A stretch of DNA of 34,957 bases from positions 1-34,957 of the forward strand of contig JAZDLM010000006.1 in assembly GCA_043801895.1 (NCBI GenBank). The letters run 5' to 3'. Within the stretch, counting starts at the first letter, position 1, and each line of letters opens with the position of its first letter. Source of the DNA: a bacterium. Lineage in GTDB: Bacteria > Patescibacteriota > Kazan-3B-28. The notes beneath the pieces were generated by a model, which was given only the letters and a program-made list of their open reading frames with translations, did no database searches and had not been told where the DNA came from. Positions 25,010-31,870 of the stretch are shown here, piece after piece. A program made the translations under genes and the position numbers.

Positions 25010-25614
25010 AACATCCCCGCAATTATATTTGGAACGATCCGGTTTGGTTAGTGGGATTATTGGTCGTCTTAATACTTGCGAGCACTAGCGGAGGGTATTT
25101 TGCCAAACAGGTATCCTCGTGGGTGATGTACGATTTGTTAGGTCGAAACCCGGCGCAAGAAATGGCGCCCAATGTGATAGCCGGCCAGGCCGATCGGCTG
25201 GCGATCCCCAGTCTCGGCCTGAATGCCCCTCTGGTATATATCGAACAAAAAGACGAGCCTACTTTCCAAAAAGCTTTAGAAAACGGCGTGGTGCACTACC
25301 CAGGGACGGCATTGCCCGGCGAGCTTGGTAACGCTTATTATTTTGGCCATTCGTCCGACTATGTATTCAAGCCCGGGAGCTATAAAACTGTGTTTGCCAC
25401 TCTGCCCAAAATGAAAGTCGGCGACGAGGTGTACATTACCGATTCCGTTGGCAAGCAGTTCGTTTATGCGGTAGTCGAAACTAAAGTGGTAGAGCCCGAT
25501 GATATCAGCGTGCTATCGCAGGGGGAGGCCAAGGAAAAGAAACTGACGCTGCAGGCTTCCTACCCGCTGGGGACTGCCTTAAAGCGATATCTGGTGGTCG
25601 CTCGGCTAAAATAG
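25006..25614 (+). CDS. Sortase-fold protein with Ser/Ala at the nucleophile position
   Basis: TM anchor; YYFGHSS (sortase His); KLTLQASYP where sortases have TLxTC; KRYLVVARL (sortase Arg). ATGA overlap with murG. Confidence 0.65.
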   Translation: MKHPRNYIWNDPVWLVGLLVVLILASTSGGYFAKQVSSWVMYDLLGRNPAQEMAPNVIAGQADRLAIPSLGLNAPLVYIEQKDEPTFQKALENGVVHYPGTALPGELGNAYYFGHSSDYVFKPGSYKTVFATLPKMKVGDEVYITDSVGKQFVYAVVETKVVEPDDISVLSQGEAKEKKLTLQASYPLGTALKRYLVVARLK

Positions 25615-25648
25615 CCAGTTGCCTGACAATTGATACAATGGTTAGGTT

Positions 25649-26254
25649 ATGGAGAGTTTGGCTTTAATCAGTCGGCTAAAGTGGATCGGGTGGGGTTTTC
25701 TAATTTTTCTGGTCCTGTTGCTGGCGTTTAATTTCCAATACTTCGCCATTCAGCTGGGCTATTTTTATCGCTACGACCTCCTGGGCCAAGATTTGGGCCA
25801 CGCCGAACCCAATGGGAAACCGGATAGAATAGTTATCAACCGGATCGGGGTGGATGCGCCGCTGATTTACCCTGATGTCGGCGATGAGTCAGCGATCCAG
25901 TTGGCCCTGGAGGCTGGCGTGGCGCACTATCCGGGGACCGCTCAGGTGGGGCAGTCGGGCAATGCTTATTTCTTGGGGCATTCATCCGAATCGCCGTCCG
26001 ACCCCGGCCAATTCAAGACCGTCTTCGCGCTGCTTACCCAACTGCGCGAGGGCGACAAGATCTTAATAACTGATTCTCGGGGGCGGCAATTTTCCTATCA
26101 GATATTTGACCGCGCAGTAGTCTCGCCCGGGCAAACTAATGTGCTGGATCCCATTTTAGGCCACCCCAGGATGTTAAGTTTGCAAACATCCTATCCCTTG
26201 GGGACGACTCTGTGGCGATATATCGTGCGAGCGGAATTGGTAACCAATAAGTAA
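25649..26254 (+). CDS. Sortase-fold protein paralog with Ser at the nucleophile position
   Basis: TM anchor; YFLGHSS; MLSLQTSYP in place of TLxTC; WRYIVRAEL. Confidence 0.65.
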   Translation: MESLALISRLKWIGWGFLIFLVLLLAFNFQYFAIQLGYFYRYDLLGQDLGHAEPNGKPDRIVINRIGVDAPLIYPDVGDESAIQLALEAGVAHYPGTAQVGQSGNAYFLGHSSESPSDPGQFKTVFALLTQLREGDKILITDSRGRQFSYQIFDRAVVSPGQTNVLDPILGHPRMLSLQTSYPLGTTLWRYIVRAELVTNK

Positions 26255-26260
26255 AACGGG

Positions 26261-26620
26261 ATGACGAAACATTACTTTCTAGTGGGGATCGGGGGCGTGG
26301 GGATGCAAGGTCTAGCCTGGCTGCTGCGCGAACGGGGCGATAAAGTTTCCGGCTCAGACGTGAACGATTTTGAAGCGAGGCCCGAGATGGAAGCGACGGG
26401 GATCCGGGTGCATATTGGGCACGCGGCGGAAAATATTGAAAAAGATGTGGATGAGGTGATCCGCAGCGCGGCGGTGCCCGACGACAATCTGGAAATTCAG
26501 ACGGCTAAAAGGCGGGGCTTGCCAATTCGGCGTCGGCTGGAGCTGGTCGGTGAAATTATGCAGAGCAAGACTGGAGTGGCCATCGCTGGCACGCACGGCA
26601 AGACCACTACCACAAAATGA
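26261..26620 (+). CDS. murC: UDP-N-acetylmuramate--L-alanine ligase, N-terminal fragment (ends just after the P-loop)
   Basis: LVGIGGVGMQGLA Rossmann motif and AGTHGKTTTTK, then TGA. Confidence 0.8.
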   Translation: MTKHYFLVGIGGVGMQGLAWLLRERGDKVSGSDVNDFEARPEMEATGIRVHIGHAAENIEKDVDEVIRSAAVPDDNLEIQTAKRRGLPIRRRLELVGEIMQSKTGVAIAGTHGKTTTTK

Positions 26621-27621
26621 TCGCTATGATCCTGCAGGCAGCTGGCCGCGACCCGATGGCGTTGATCGGCGCCGAGGTAAAAAGCTTGTCGGCTAATATC
26701 GTGGCGGGGCATGGTCCGGTGATGGTAGTGGAGGCTTGCGAATACGGCCGGTCGTTTCTAGATCTGAAGCCCAAGATCGCTGTGATTACCAACATTGAGG
26801 CGGATCACCTGGATTACTATAAAGATATTGAAGACATTAAATCAGCCTTTACTGAGTTTGCTAAGCTAATCCCGAAAGATGGCGCGATTATCGCCAACGG
26901 CGATGACGGTAATGTGCGGGCAGCTCTCGCGAAGGTTGATCGCAAAATTATTTGGGCTGGTCTAGGCAATGACAATGGTTTGTGCGCCCGAGACATTGAA
27001 TTTCGCGAGGGGCGCACCTATTTTTCGGTCAACGGGTCGCGATTGCATTTGCATGTCCCCGGTAAGCATAATATAGCCAACGCGGTGCTAGCCTGGGCCG
27101 TAGCGCGTGAGCTGGGCGTTGACGACACTACCGTAAAGCATGTGTTGCAGGATGAATTTCGGGGAGTAGAGCGGCGGTTCGAAATTCTTGGCACTACCAA
27201 AGGTATTACCCTTTTGGATGATTATGCCCACCACCCAACTGAGATCCGCGGCGTGCTGGAAGGAGCGCGGCAGTACTTTGGCAATCGGCGGCTGTTGGCG
27301 GTGTTCCACCCGCACCAATTCAGCCGGACCAGGCTACTGCTGGACGATTTTGCTAAAAGCTTTGCCAATGTCGATCTGGTGGTAGTGGCGCCGATTTTTG
27401 CGGTGCGCGACACCGATGAAGACAAAAAATCGATCAGCGCTGAGGTATTAGTGGAGGCAATTAATTGTGAGTCGCACAACGCCAGGTTTGTTGGTGACTT
27501 CGACGCGATCAAACAATTTATGGTTAGTGAAGTAAAGCCTGGCAATGTAGTGATCACGCTGGGAGCGGGTCGGGCCAATGTGTTTGGTCGAGAATTGTTG
27601 GGCACTCTAAGGCAACTCTAA
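26617..27621 (+). CDS. murC: UDP-N-acetylmuramate--L-alanine ligase, C-terminal fragment
   Basis: Starts MIAMILQAAGRDP, which is the normal continuation after GKTTTT. It has DDYAHHPTEI and other Mur-ligase motifs. Its ATG overlaps the upstream TGA (ATGA). Confidence 0.8.
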   Translation: MIAMILQAAGRDPMALIGAEVKSLSANIVAGHGPVMVVEACEYGRSFLDLKPKIAVITNIEADHLDYYKDIEDIKSAFTEFAKLIPKDGAIIANGDDGNVRAALAKVDRKIIWAGLGNDNGLCARDIEFREGRTYFSVNGSRLHLHVPGKHNIANAVLAWAVARELGVDDTTVKHVLQDEFRGVERRFEILGTTKGITLLDDYAHHPTEIRGVLEGARQYFGNRRLLAVFHPHQFSRTRLLLDDFAKSFANVDLVVVAPIFAVRDTDEDKKSISAEVLVEAINCESHNARFVGDFDAIKQFMVSEVKPGNVVITLGAGRANVFGRELLGTLRQL

Positions 27622-27622
27622 A

Positions 27623-28492
27623 GTGAAGATCGGGGGCAACTGGTCAAATTGGTTGGGCAAATTTCGCTCGCCCAAGCGCGTGCCGGTATTGCATTGGCCG
27701 GGCCGGTCGCGTCTGACTAATCGACGGAGCACCGGGGCGCCAACTCGCTTGCCAGCCGTCGGGCTGCCCTGGCAGGCGCCTCGCACTCGGGTGACTTGGT
27801 GGTCGAAGACATTAACGATATTGGCGTTAGGGCTGGTTGTTTATGTGGCGTTTGGCACTAAGTTTTTTGTGTTAGATAGTCTGGAGATTGCCGGTAATCA
27901 TTTGTCGGACAAGTCGGAAATCGAACAACTGTTGTTCCCGCGCGGGTTCAAGGGAGTAAATGCGGTTACTTTTTGGGCGGGGAGAGCGCGGCGAAAACTG
28001 GAAAAGCTAGCTCCCATCAAAGAGGTTAGTTTTCACAAGAATTTAATATCCAATACCTTAATGATCGAGATAGTGGAACATCAGTCGTCAATCGTTTGGC
28101 AAACCAGCGGAGAAAGATTTTTGGTTAATCGTTCCGGTGTGGTGTACGACAAAGCCGAACCGGGGAGCCCACTTTTAGTAGTGGAGGACTTGAAAAATCT
28201 GCCGGTTAGCTTGAACCAACAGATCGTTTCGCCGGAGTTCATTGAATTTGTCACCAGTTTTGCCGCTAATCTGCCGCGCAAAACCAATATCAGTATCGAT
28301 CGGATAATGATACCGGAAACCACTTTTGAAGTAGAGATGAAAACCAGCCAAGGCTGGACGATCTTGTTGGACACCACTCGATCTTATGAAGATCAGTTGA
28401 ATAATTTAGTGCGTGTTCTAAGGGAACTGGGGGATAACCCGCCCAAGGCATATATAGATTTGAGGGTGGGGAAGAAAGTGTTTTATAAGTGA
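27623..28492 (+). CDS. ftsQ: Cell division protein FtsQ/DivIB-like
   Basis: Basic N-terminus, single TM helix, POTRA-like FFVLDSLEIAGNHLSDKSEIEQLL. It follows murC. GTG start. Confidence 0.7.
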   Translation: MKIGGNWSNWLGKFRSPKRVPVLHWPGRSRLTNRRSTGAPTRLPAVGLPWQAPRTRVTWWSKTLTILALGLVVYVAFGTKFFVLDSLEIAGNHLSDKSEIEQLLFPRGFKGVNAVTFWAGRARRKLEKLAPIKEVSFHKNLISNTLMIEIVEHQSSIVWQTSGERFLVNRSGVVYDKAEPGSPLLVVEDLKNLPVSLNQQIVSPEFIEFVTSFAANLPRKTNISIDRIMIPETTFEVEMKTSQGWTILLDTTRSYEDQLNNLVRVLRELGDNPPKAYIDLRVGKKVFYK

Positions 28493-28524
28493 GCGCCGAA
28501 TCGCGCTCGACCGATTTTTCTTTT
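28491..28524 (+). terminator. Possible terminator of ftsQ
   Basis: GAGCGC-cgaatc-GCGCTC, then ATTTTTCTTTT after a 6-nt gap. Confidence 0.4.
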
Positions 28525-28568
28525 GCCACCCATCCCGCCATTTGCTCAAATGGACGGGACGGGTGGCA
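28524..28568. other. Long near-perfect hairpin
   Basis: TGCCACCC-a-TCCCG-CCATTT...AAATGG-a-CGGGA-c-GGGTGGCA, about 19 bp with symmetric 1x1 mismatches. Confidence 0.6.
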
Positions 28569-28589
28569 CCCAAAAGACGCCCCACTCAC

Positions 28590-28779
28590 AAATTGGGCTG
28601 TTGGTTAACTCAAAATTGACCTTTCTGGACTACCCGCCCGAACGTACCCCGCCAGAATGACACGCTCGGTGTCGGGCTGGCGTTCGGTACGGGCGGGTAC
28701 GCGAACTTGTTCCGGCTAAAGCCGGAACTTCAGACAACGCTATCCATACCGGTCAATTTTGCGACCAACAATCCCAATT
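28590..28779. other. Nested palindrome of about 190 nt / Y-shaped structured element (ncRNA or MITE-like)
   Basis: The closing helix pairs 28590-28621 with 28750-28779 (8+7+10 bp, all Watson-Crick). There is a rod-like arm at 28631-28699 and a side hairpin GTTCCGGC-taaa-GCCGGAAC at 28709-28728. Confidence 0.5.
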
Positions 28780-28874
28780 TACTCGATGGGTAATGGCCGC
28801 CATGGAGGGGGATTGATGATATAGATGGCCCCCTACGCCATAGGAGAAAAACAGCTCTGGGAGCGGGTTTTGGC

Positions 28875-28903
28875 TTGACTTTAACCTGATTTTGGCGTAT
28901 ACT
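28875..28903 (+). promoter_or_regulatory. Near-consensus sigma70-like promoter
   Basis: TTGACT-17 nt-TATACT. Confidence 0.6.
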
Positions 28904-28939
28904 TGAAGTTGAAAGGGGGAGCTTGAAAACTCTTATTTT

Positions 28940-28988
28940 ATCCCAGCCCGCGGGGGTTGGTGAGGTCTTTCTCCTGTGCGGGAGACAG
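28940..28988 (+). promoter_or_regulatory. Two-hairpin leader motif, copy A
   Basis: atCCCAGCCcgcgggGGTTGGtga...tttctCCTGTgcgggagACAG. It lies in the 5' UTR of ORF 29037 and is about 80% identical by eye to copy B. Confidence 0.5.
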
Positions 28989-29036
28989 TAGTGTTACGCT
29001 CCTACGGCAAAGCCGAGTTGGAGCGGGGAGAGGCAA

Positions 29037-29408
29037 ATGCAGACATTGTATTTTGTGGTCACGAAGATCTTCGGCTTTGCGCCGATCGCACCCCCCCTAG
29101 GGGTTGCGCTTACAACCTTCAAGGATCCGGGTATTTTCCCGGCGGTGGCGACCTTTTTCGTGAAGATCCAGACGCCAGAGGGCCAGAGGGCGAAGGCCAT
29201 GCGCTACATGGCCGCTGCTCTATGGAAGAAGGAACACGTCGCTCTCTTCACGGAGAGCAGGCCCCTTTTCTACCCCGGAGCGGGTGGTGACGAAGAAGGC
29301 ATCGTGGTCGCTGAAGTGAAGGACGCAGATGAACGGTCCTGCATGGCTGGCGTCCAGAAGGGCGTCCTCGTGTATGAGATGAACGCCGACGATTCCGCTG
29401 ACTCGTAA
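29037..29408 (+). CDS. Hypothetical protein (123 aa)
   Basis: GGAGAGG RBS 5 nt before the ATG. Its composition looks protein-like, unlike the overlapping 28976 frame. Confidence 0.5.
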   Translation: MQTLYFVVTKIFGFAPIAPPLGVALTTFKDPGIFPAVATFFVKIQTPEGQRAKAMRYMAAALWKKEHVALFTESRPLFYPGAGGDEEGIVVAEVKDADERSCMAGVQKGVLVYEMNADDSADS

Positions 29409-29455
29409 TCCCAGCCCGCAAGGCTGGTGAAATATTTCCCCTGTGCGGGGGACAG
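29408..29455 (+). promoter_or_regulatory. Two-hairpin leader motif, copy B
   Basis: atCCCAGCCcgcaaGGCTGGtga...tttccCCTGTgcgggggACAG. It lies in the intercistronic gap before ORF 29515. Confidence 0.5.
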
Positions 29456-29514
29456 ACAACCGGTCGGTTACTGTTCTGGGCGTTCAGCCCTGGGCCGACT
29501 GGGAGGGAATAACA

Positions 29515-30201
29515 ATGTCCGATGGACAAAATACGCAGGTAGAGATCTCTACGGGCCGTTACTACGGCGATGGCGGCTGCGGGCTGCTGCTGCTGACATT
29601 CGGCGTCGGCTTTGTGACCATCCTTGGGACGGTCCTCTGCCTACTGGATGGCACTACGGGCTGGCGAGGCGCCCTCATAATTCTCGCTATCGGCTCTCTT
29701 CTCGTGGCCACTTGCGTGCGGGTGTTCAAGCTGATGGAGGTTGGCGAGAGCAAGAGGGCAAAAGAAGACGCCGCTATCCGCAAGGCCTGGCGGCAACGCC
29801 TCGTCGAAGCAAGCGAAAGCGGTGATGGGTTGCCCCTCAGCAAGTTTCCGCCGGAGGGATCGAATCTGCACCTGCGGCTGGATGAGCGTCACGGCCATCT
29901 GTTCGTTGTGACGCGAGAGGTCGCCAATAAGTCGGCCCATATATGGGAGTGTCGTGCCGGCGAGGGTGTGCTGAAAGACCTGCTCGATGGGGACTACAGC
30001 TTTCTCTTTCCCGTCAAGCAGCTATCAGGTGATGTTCGGGTCCATCTCATCCGCGAGAGAGAGAACCTGATCGAGCTGGAGATTGCCGATGCGACGCATC
30101 GGCTTCAGCTTTGCGCCAGCCTCGGCGAGGGGCCTGAGCGCAGGGATGTGCCAGTCTGGTTCCGGGAGGAGTACGAGCTGGCGGCACATCGCTACTTGTA
30201 G
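29515..30201 (+). CDS. Hypothetical membrane protein (2 TM helices plus a soluble C-terminal domain)
   Basis: ATG 29515 is preceded by GGGAGGG. The track ORF starts at 29443. Two hydrophobic helices, then a charged domain. Confidence 0.55.
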   Translation: MSDGQNTQVEISTGRYYGDGGCGLLLLTFGVGFVTILGTVLCLLDGTTGWRGALIILAIGSLLVATCVRVFKLMEVGESKRAKEDAAIRKAWRQRLVEASESGDGLPLSKFPPEGSNLHLRLDERHGHLFVVTREVANKSAHIWECRAGEGVLKDLLDGDYSFLFPVKQLSGDVRVHLIRERENLIELEIADATHRLQLCASLGEGPERRDVPVWFREEYELAAHRYL

Positions 30202-30242
30202 CATAGATGCGTTTCCCCCGACATACACATATGTACCAATTC

Positions 30243-30272
30243 AAGAGCCACCTTAGGGGGAGGGTGGCTCTT
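30243..30272 (+). terminator. Hairpin terminator (weak U-run)
   Basis: AAGAGCCACC...GGTGGCTCTT stem followed by ATAATAT. Confidence 0.45.
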
Positions 30273-30297
30273 ATAATATCCAGACTTCAATGGGGCG

Positions 30298-30306
30298 TGG
30301 TATGAT
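30298..30306 (+). promoter_or_regulatory. Extended -10 promoter element for dnaX
   Basis: TGgTATGAT. Confidence 0.4.
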
Positions 30307-30380
30307 TTAGGGTGGTTTGGGGCTAGAGGTTAAGGGTTAGAGTTTAGGGTTTAGGGGGTTAGAAATTAGGGATTAGGGGA
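30306..30380 (+). repeat. Degenerate tandem (T)TTAGGG-like G-tract repeat
   Basis: Five exact TTAGGG units plus variants (ttaaggg, ttagag, ttagaaa). There are seven G-runs of at least 3 on the sense strand, and the repeat ends at the dnaX RBS. Confidence 0.8.
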
Positions 30381-30384
30381 GAAT

Positions 30385-31866
30385 ATGCGGATAGCTTTGT
30401 ATAGGAAATATCGGCCCGGCAAGTTCGCCGAGGTAGTAGGCCAGGAATACATCAAGGCCACGCTTTTGAATGAAGTAAAAACTGATCAGATTGCGCATGC
30501 GTATGTTTTTGCGGGGCCAAAAGGGACTGGTAAAACTTCGATGGCGCGGATTTTGGCTAAGAGCGTGAATTGTCTCGATAACCAGGCGGGTGAACCCTGT
30601 GGCAAATGCGTGATGTGCCAAGCCTATGACAAGGGTCAGATGTTCGACCTGATCGAGATCGACGCGGCGTCCCACACCGGCGTAGAAAATATCCGCGAGC
30701 TAATTAGCGCGATTGGTCTGGCGCCGGCTCAGGGTAAATACAAAATCTATGTGATAGACGAAGCGCACATGTTGTCCGATTCGGCTTTTAATGCGCTATT
30801 AAAAACGCTAGAGGAGCCGCCGAGCCATGCGATTTTTGTGTTGGCCACTACCGAATCGCACAAGTTTCCCGCCACTATCCTGTCGCGCTGTCAGAGATTC
30901 GATTTTCGCTACCTGGCGATCAAAAATATCGCCGATTGGTTGAAGATAGTAGCAAAGCACGAGGAGCTCAAATTGTCGGATAGCGTCATCGAGTTTTTAG
31001 CCGAGCAGGCTGGAGGCAGCATGCGCGATGGCCTGAGCCTGCTCGAGCAAGTCGCACAGATGGGGAGCGATGTCACCCGCGACCAATTAATGAAATGGTT
31101 GGGGTTTGTCGATTGGGAAGCGGTCTATCAACTCACCGAGTTGACGGCGAAAGGTGAGGCGAAGGCGGCGGTCGGATTAATTAATCAGGTTTATTACGAC
31201 GGCTACGATCTGGTGCGGCTTGCATCGGCTTGGGTGATGTTGGTACGGCAATTGCTAGTGGTGAAGTTAGGGAATCAAGACTTGCTAGATTTGAACAAGG
31301 AGCGAGTAGGTAAATTGATACAGTTGAGCGATCAGCTTGAGTTAGCCGATCTGATTTGGTGGCTCGGAGCGTTGTTGACGGCGGCCAATTCGGTGAAGAC
31401 TGCTGCGTTGCCTCAGGCGCCACTGGAAATTCTGGCGGTAGAGTCGGCCCAAAAGCTGGCCCGAAAGCCAGCTACCCCGCCGGCAGTCGAAAAGCCTGCC
31501 GCCAACCGAGATGACGACCAGCCGATGCCGCCAGCGGCTAAGTCGGCGGTTAAACCACAGCCGGCCAGCCAGGTCGCATTGGATTGGCCGAAAGTGGTAC
31601 AGGCAGTACGAGCCACTAGTCCGACCTTCGCAGCGGTCTTGGCTTTAGCGAAATACGATTTCGTCGATGGGGAGCTGACTTTATGTTTCCCCCTTGAGTT
31701 CTACAAAGAGATGGCGGAACAGGCTCCCAACCGCCGGATATTGTCGGAGGCGCTTCAACAAACCAACGTTGAATGTACAATTAGATATCTAGTAGATAAA
31801 TCGCTTAAGCCAGGTAGCTCAGGTGTGGCGATCGACGAAGTGATGCAGATTTTTGGTGGAGCTTAG
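30385..31866 (+). CDS. dnaX: DNA polymerase III subunit gamma/tau
   Basis: Walker A GPKGTGKTS, a Cys4 zinc module (CLDNQAGEPCGKCVMC), Walker B VIDEAHML and SRC (LSRCQRF). Confidence 0.9.
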   Translation: MRIALYRKYRPGKFAEVVGQEYIKATLLNEVKTDQIAHAYVFAGPKGTGKTSMARILAKSVNCLDNQAGEPCGKCVMCQAYDKGQMFDLIEIDAASHTGVENIRELISAIGLAPAQGKYKIYVIDEAHMLSDSAFNALLKTLEEPPSHAIFVLATTESHKFPATILSRCQRFDFRYLAIKNIADWLKIVAKHEELKLSDSVIEFLAEQAGGSMRDGLSLLEQVAQMGSDVTRDQLMKWLGFVDWEAVYQLTELTAKGEAKAAVGLINQVYYDGYDLVRLASAWVMLVRQLLVVKLGNQDLLDLNKERVGKLIQLSDQLELADLIWWLGALLTAANSVKTAALPQAPLEILAVESAQKLARKPATPPAVEKPAANRDDDQPMPPAAKSAVKPQPASQVALDWPKVVQAVRATSPTFAAVLALAKYDFVDGELTLCFPLEFYKEMAEQAPNRRILSEALQQTNVECTIRYLVDKSLKPGSSGVAIDEVMQIFGGA

Positions 31867-31870
31867 AACT

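Noticed and set aside
28590-28779. Assignment as 6S RNA, SRP RNA or another named RNA
   Set aside because: The rod-with-bubble shape is loosely 6S-like, but I recognise no conserved sequence signatures. The helices are perfectly Watson-Crick, which gives no strand evidence. I report it only as an unclassified structured element.
28976-29825. Alternative-frame ORFs 28976-29290 and 29427-29825
   Set aside because: They have Arg/Gly-rich low-complexity translations and no RBS, and they overlap better-supported frames (29037-29408 and 29515-30201) that have GGAGAGG/GGGAGGG RBSs.
30306-30380. True telomeric repeat or eukaryotic contamination
   Set aside because: The repeat is internal and only about 75 nt long. 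It lies between a bacterial promoter element and the dnaX RBS, and it is flanked by typical bacterial genes on a continuous sequence.
30385-31866. Programmed -1 frameshift site in dnaX (A AAA AAG type)
   Set aside because: I looked for A-rich heptamers and found only A5 runs (around 30477, 30801 and 30921), with no AAAAAAG and no obvious downstream stem-loop.
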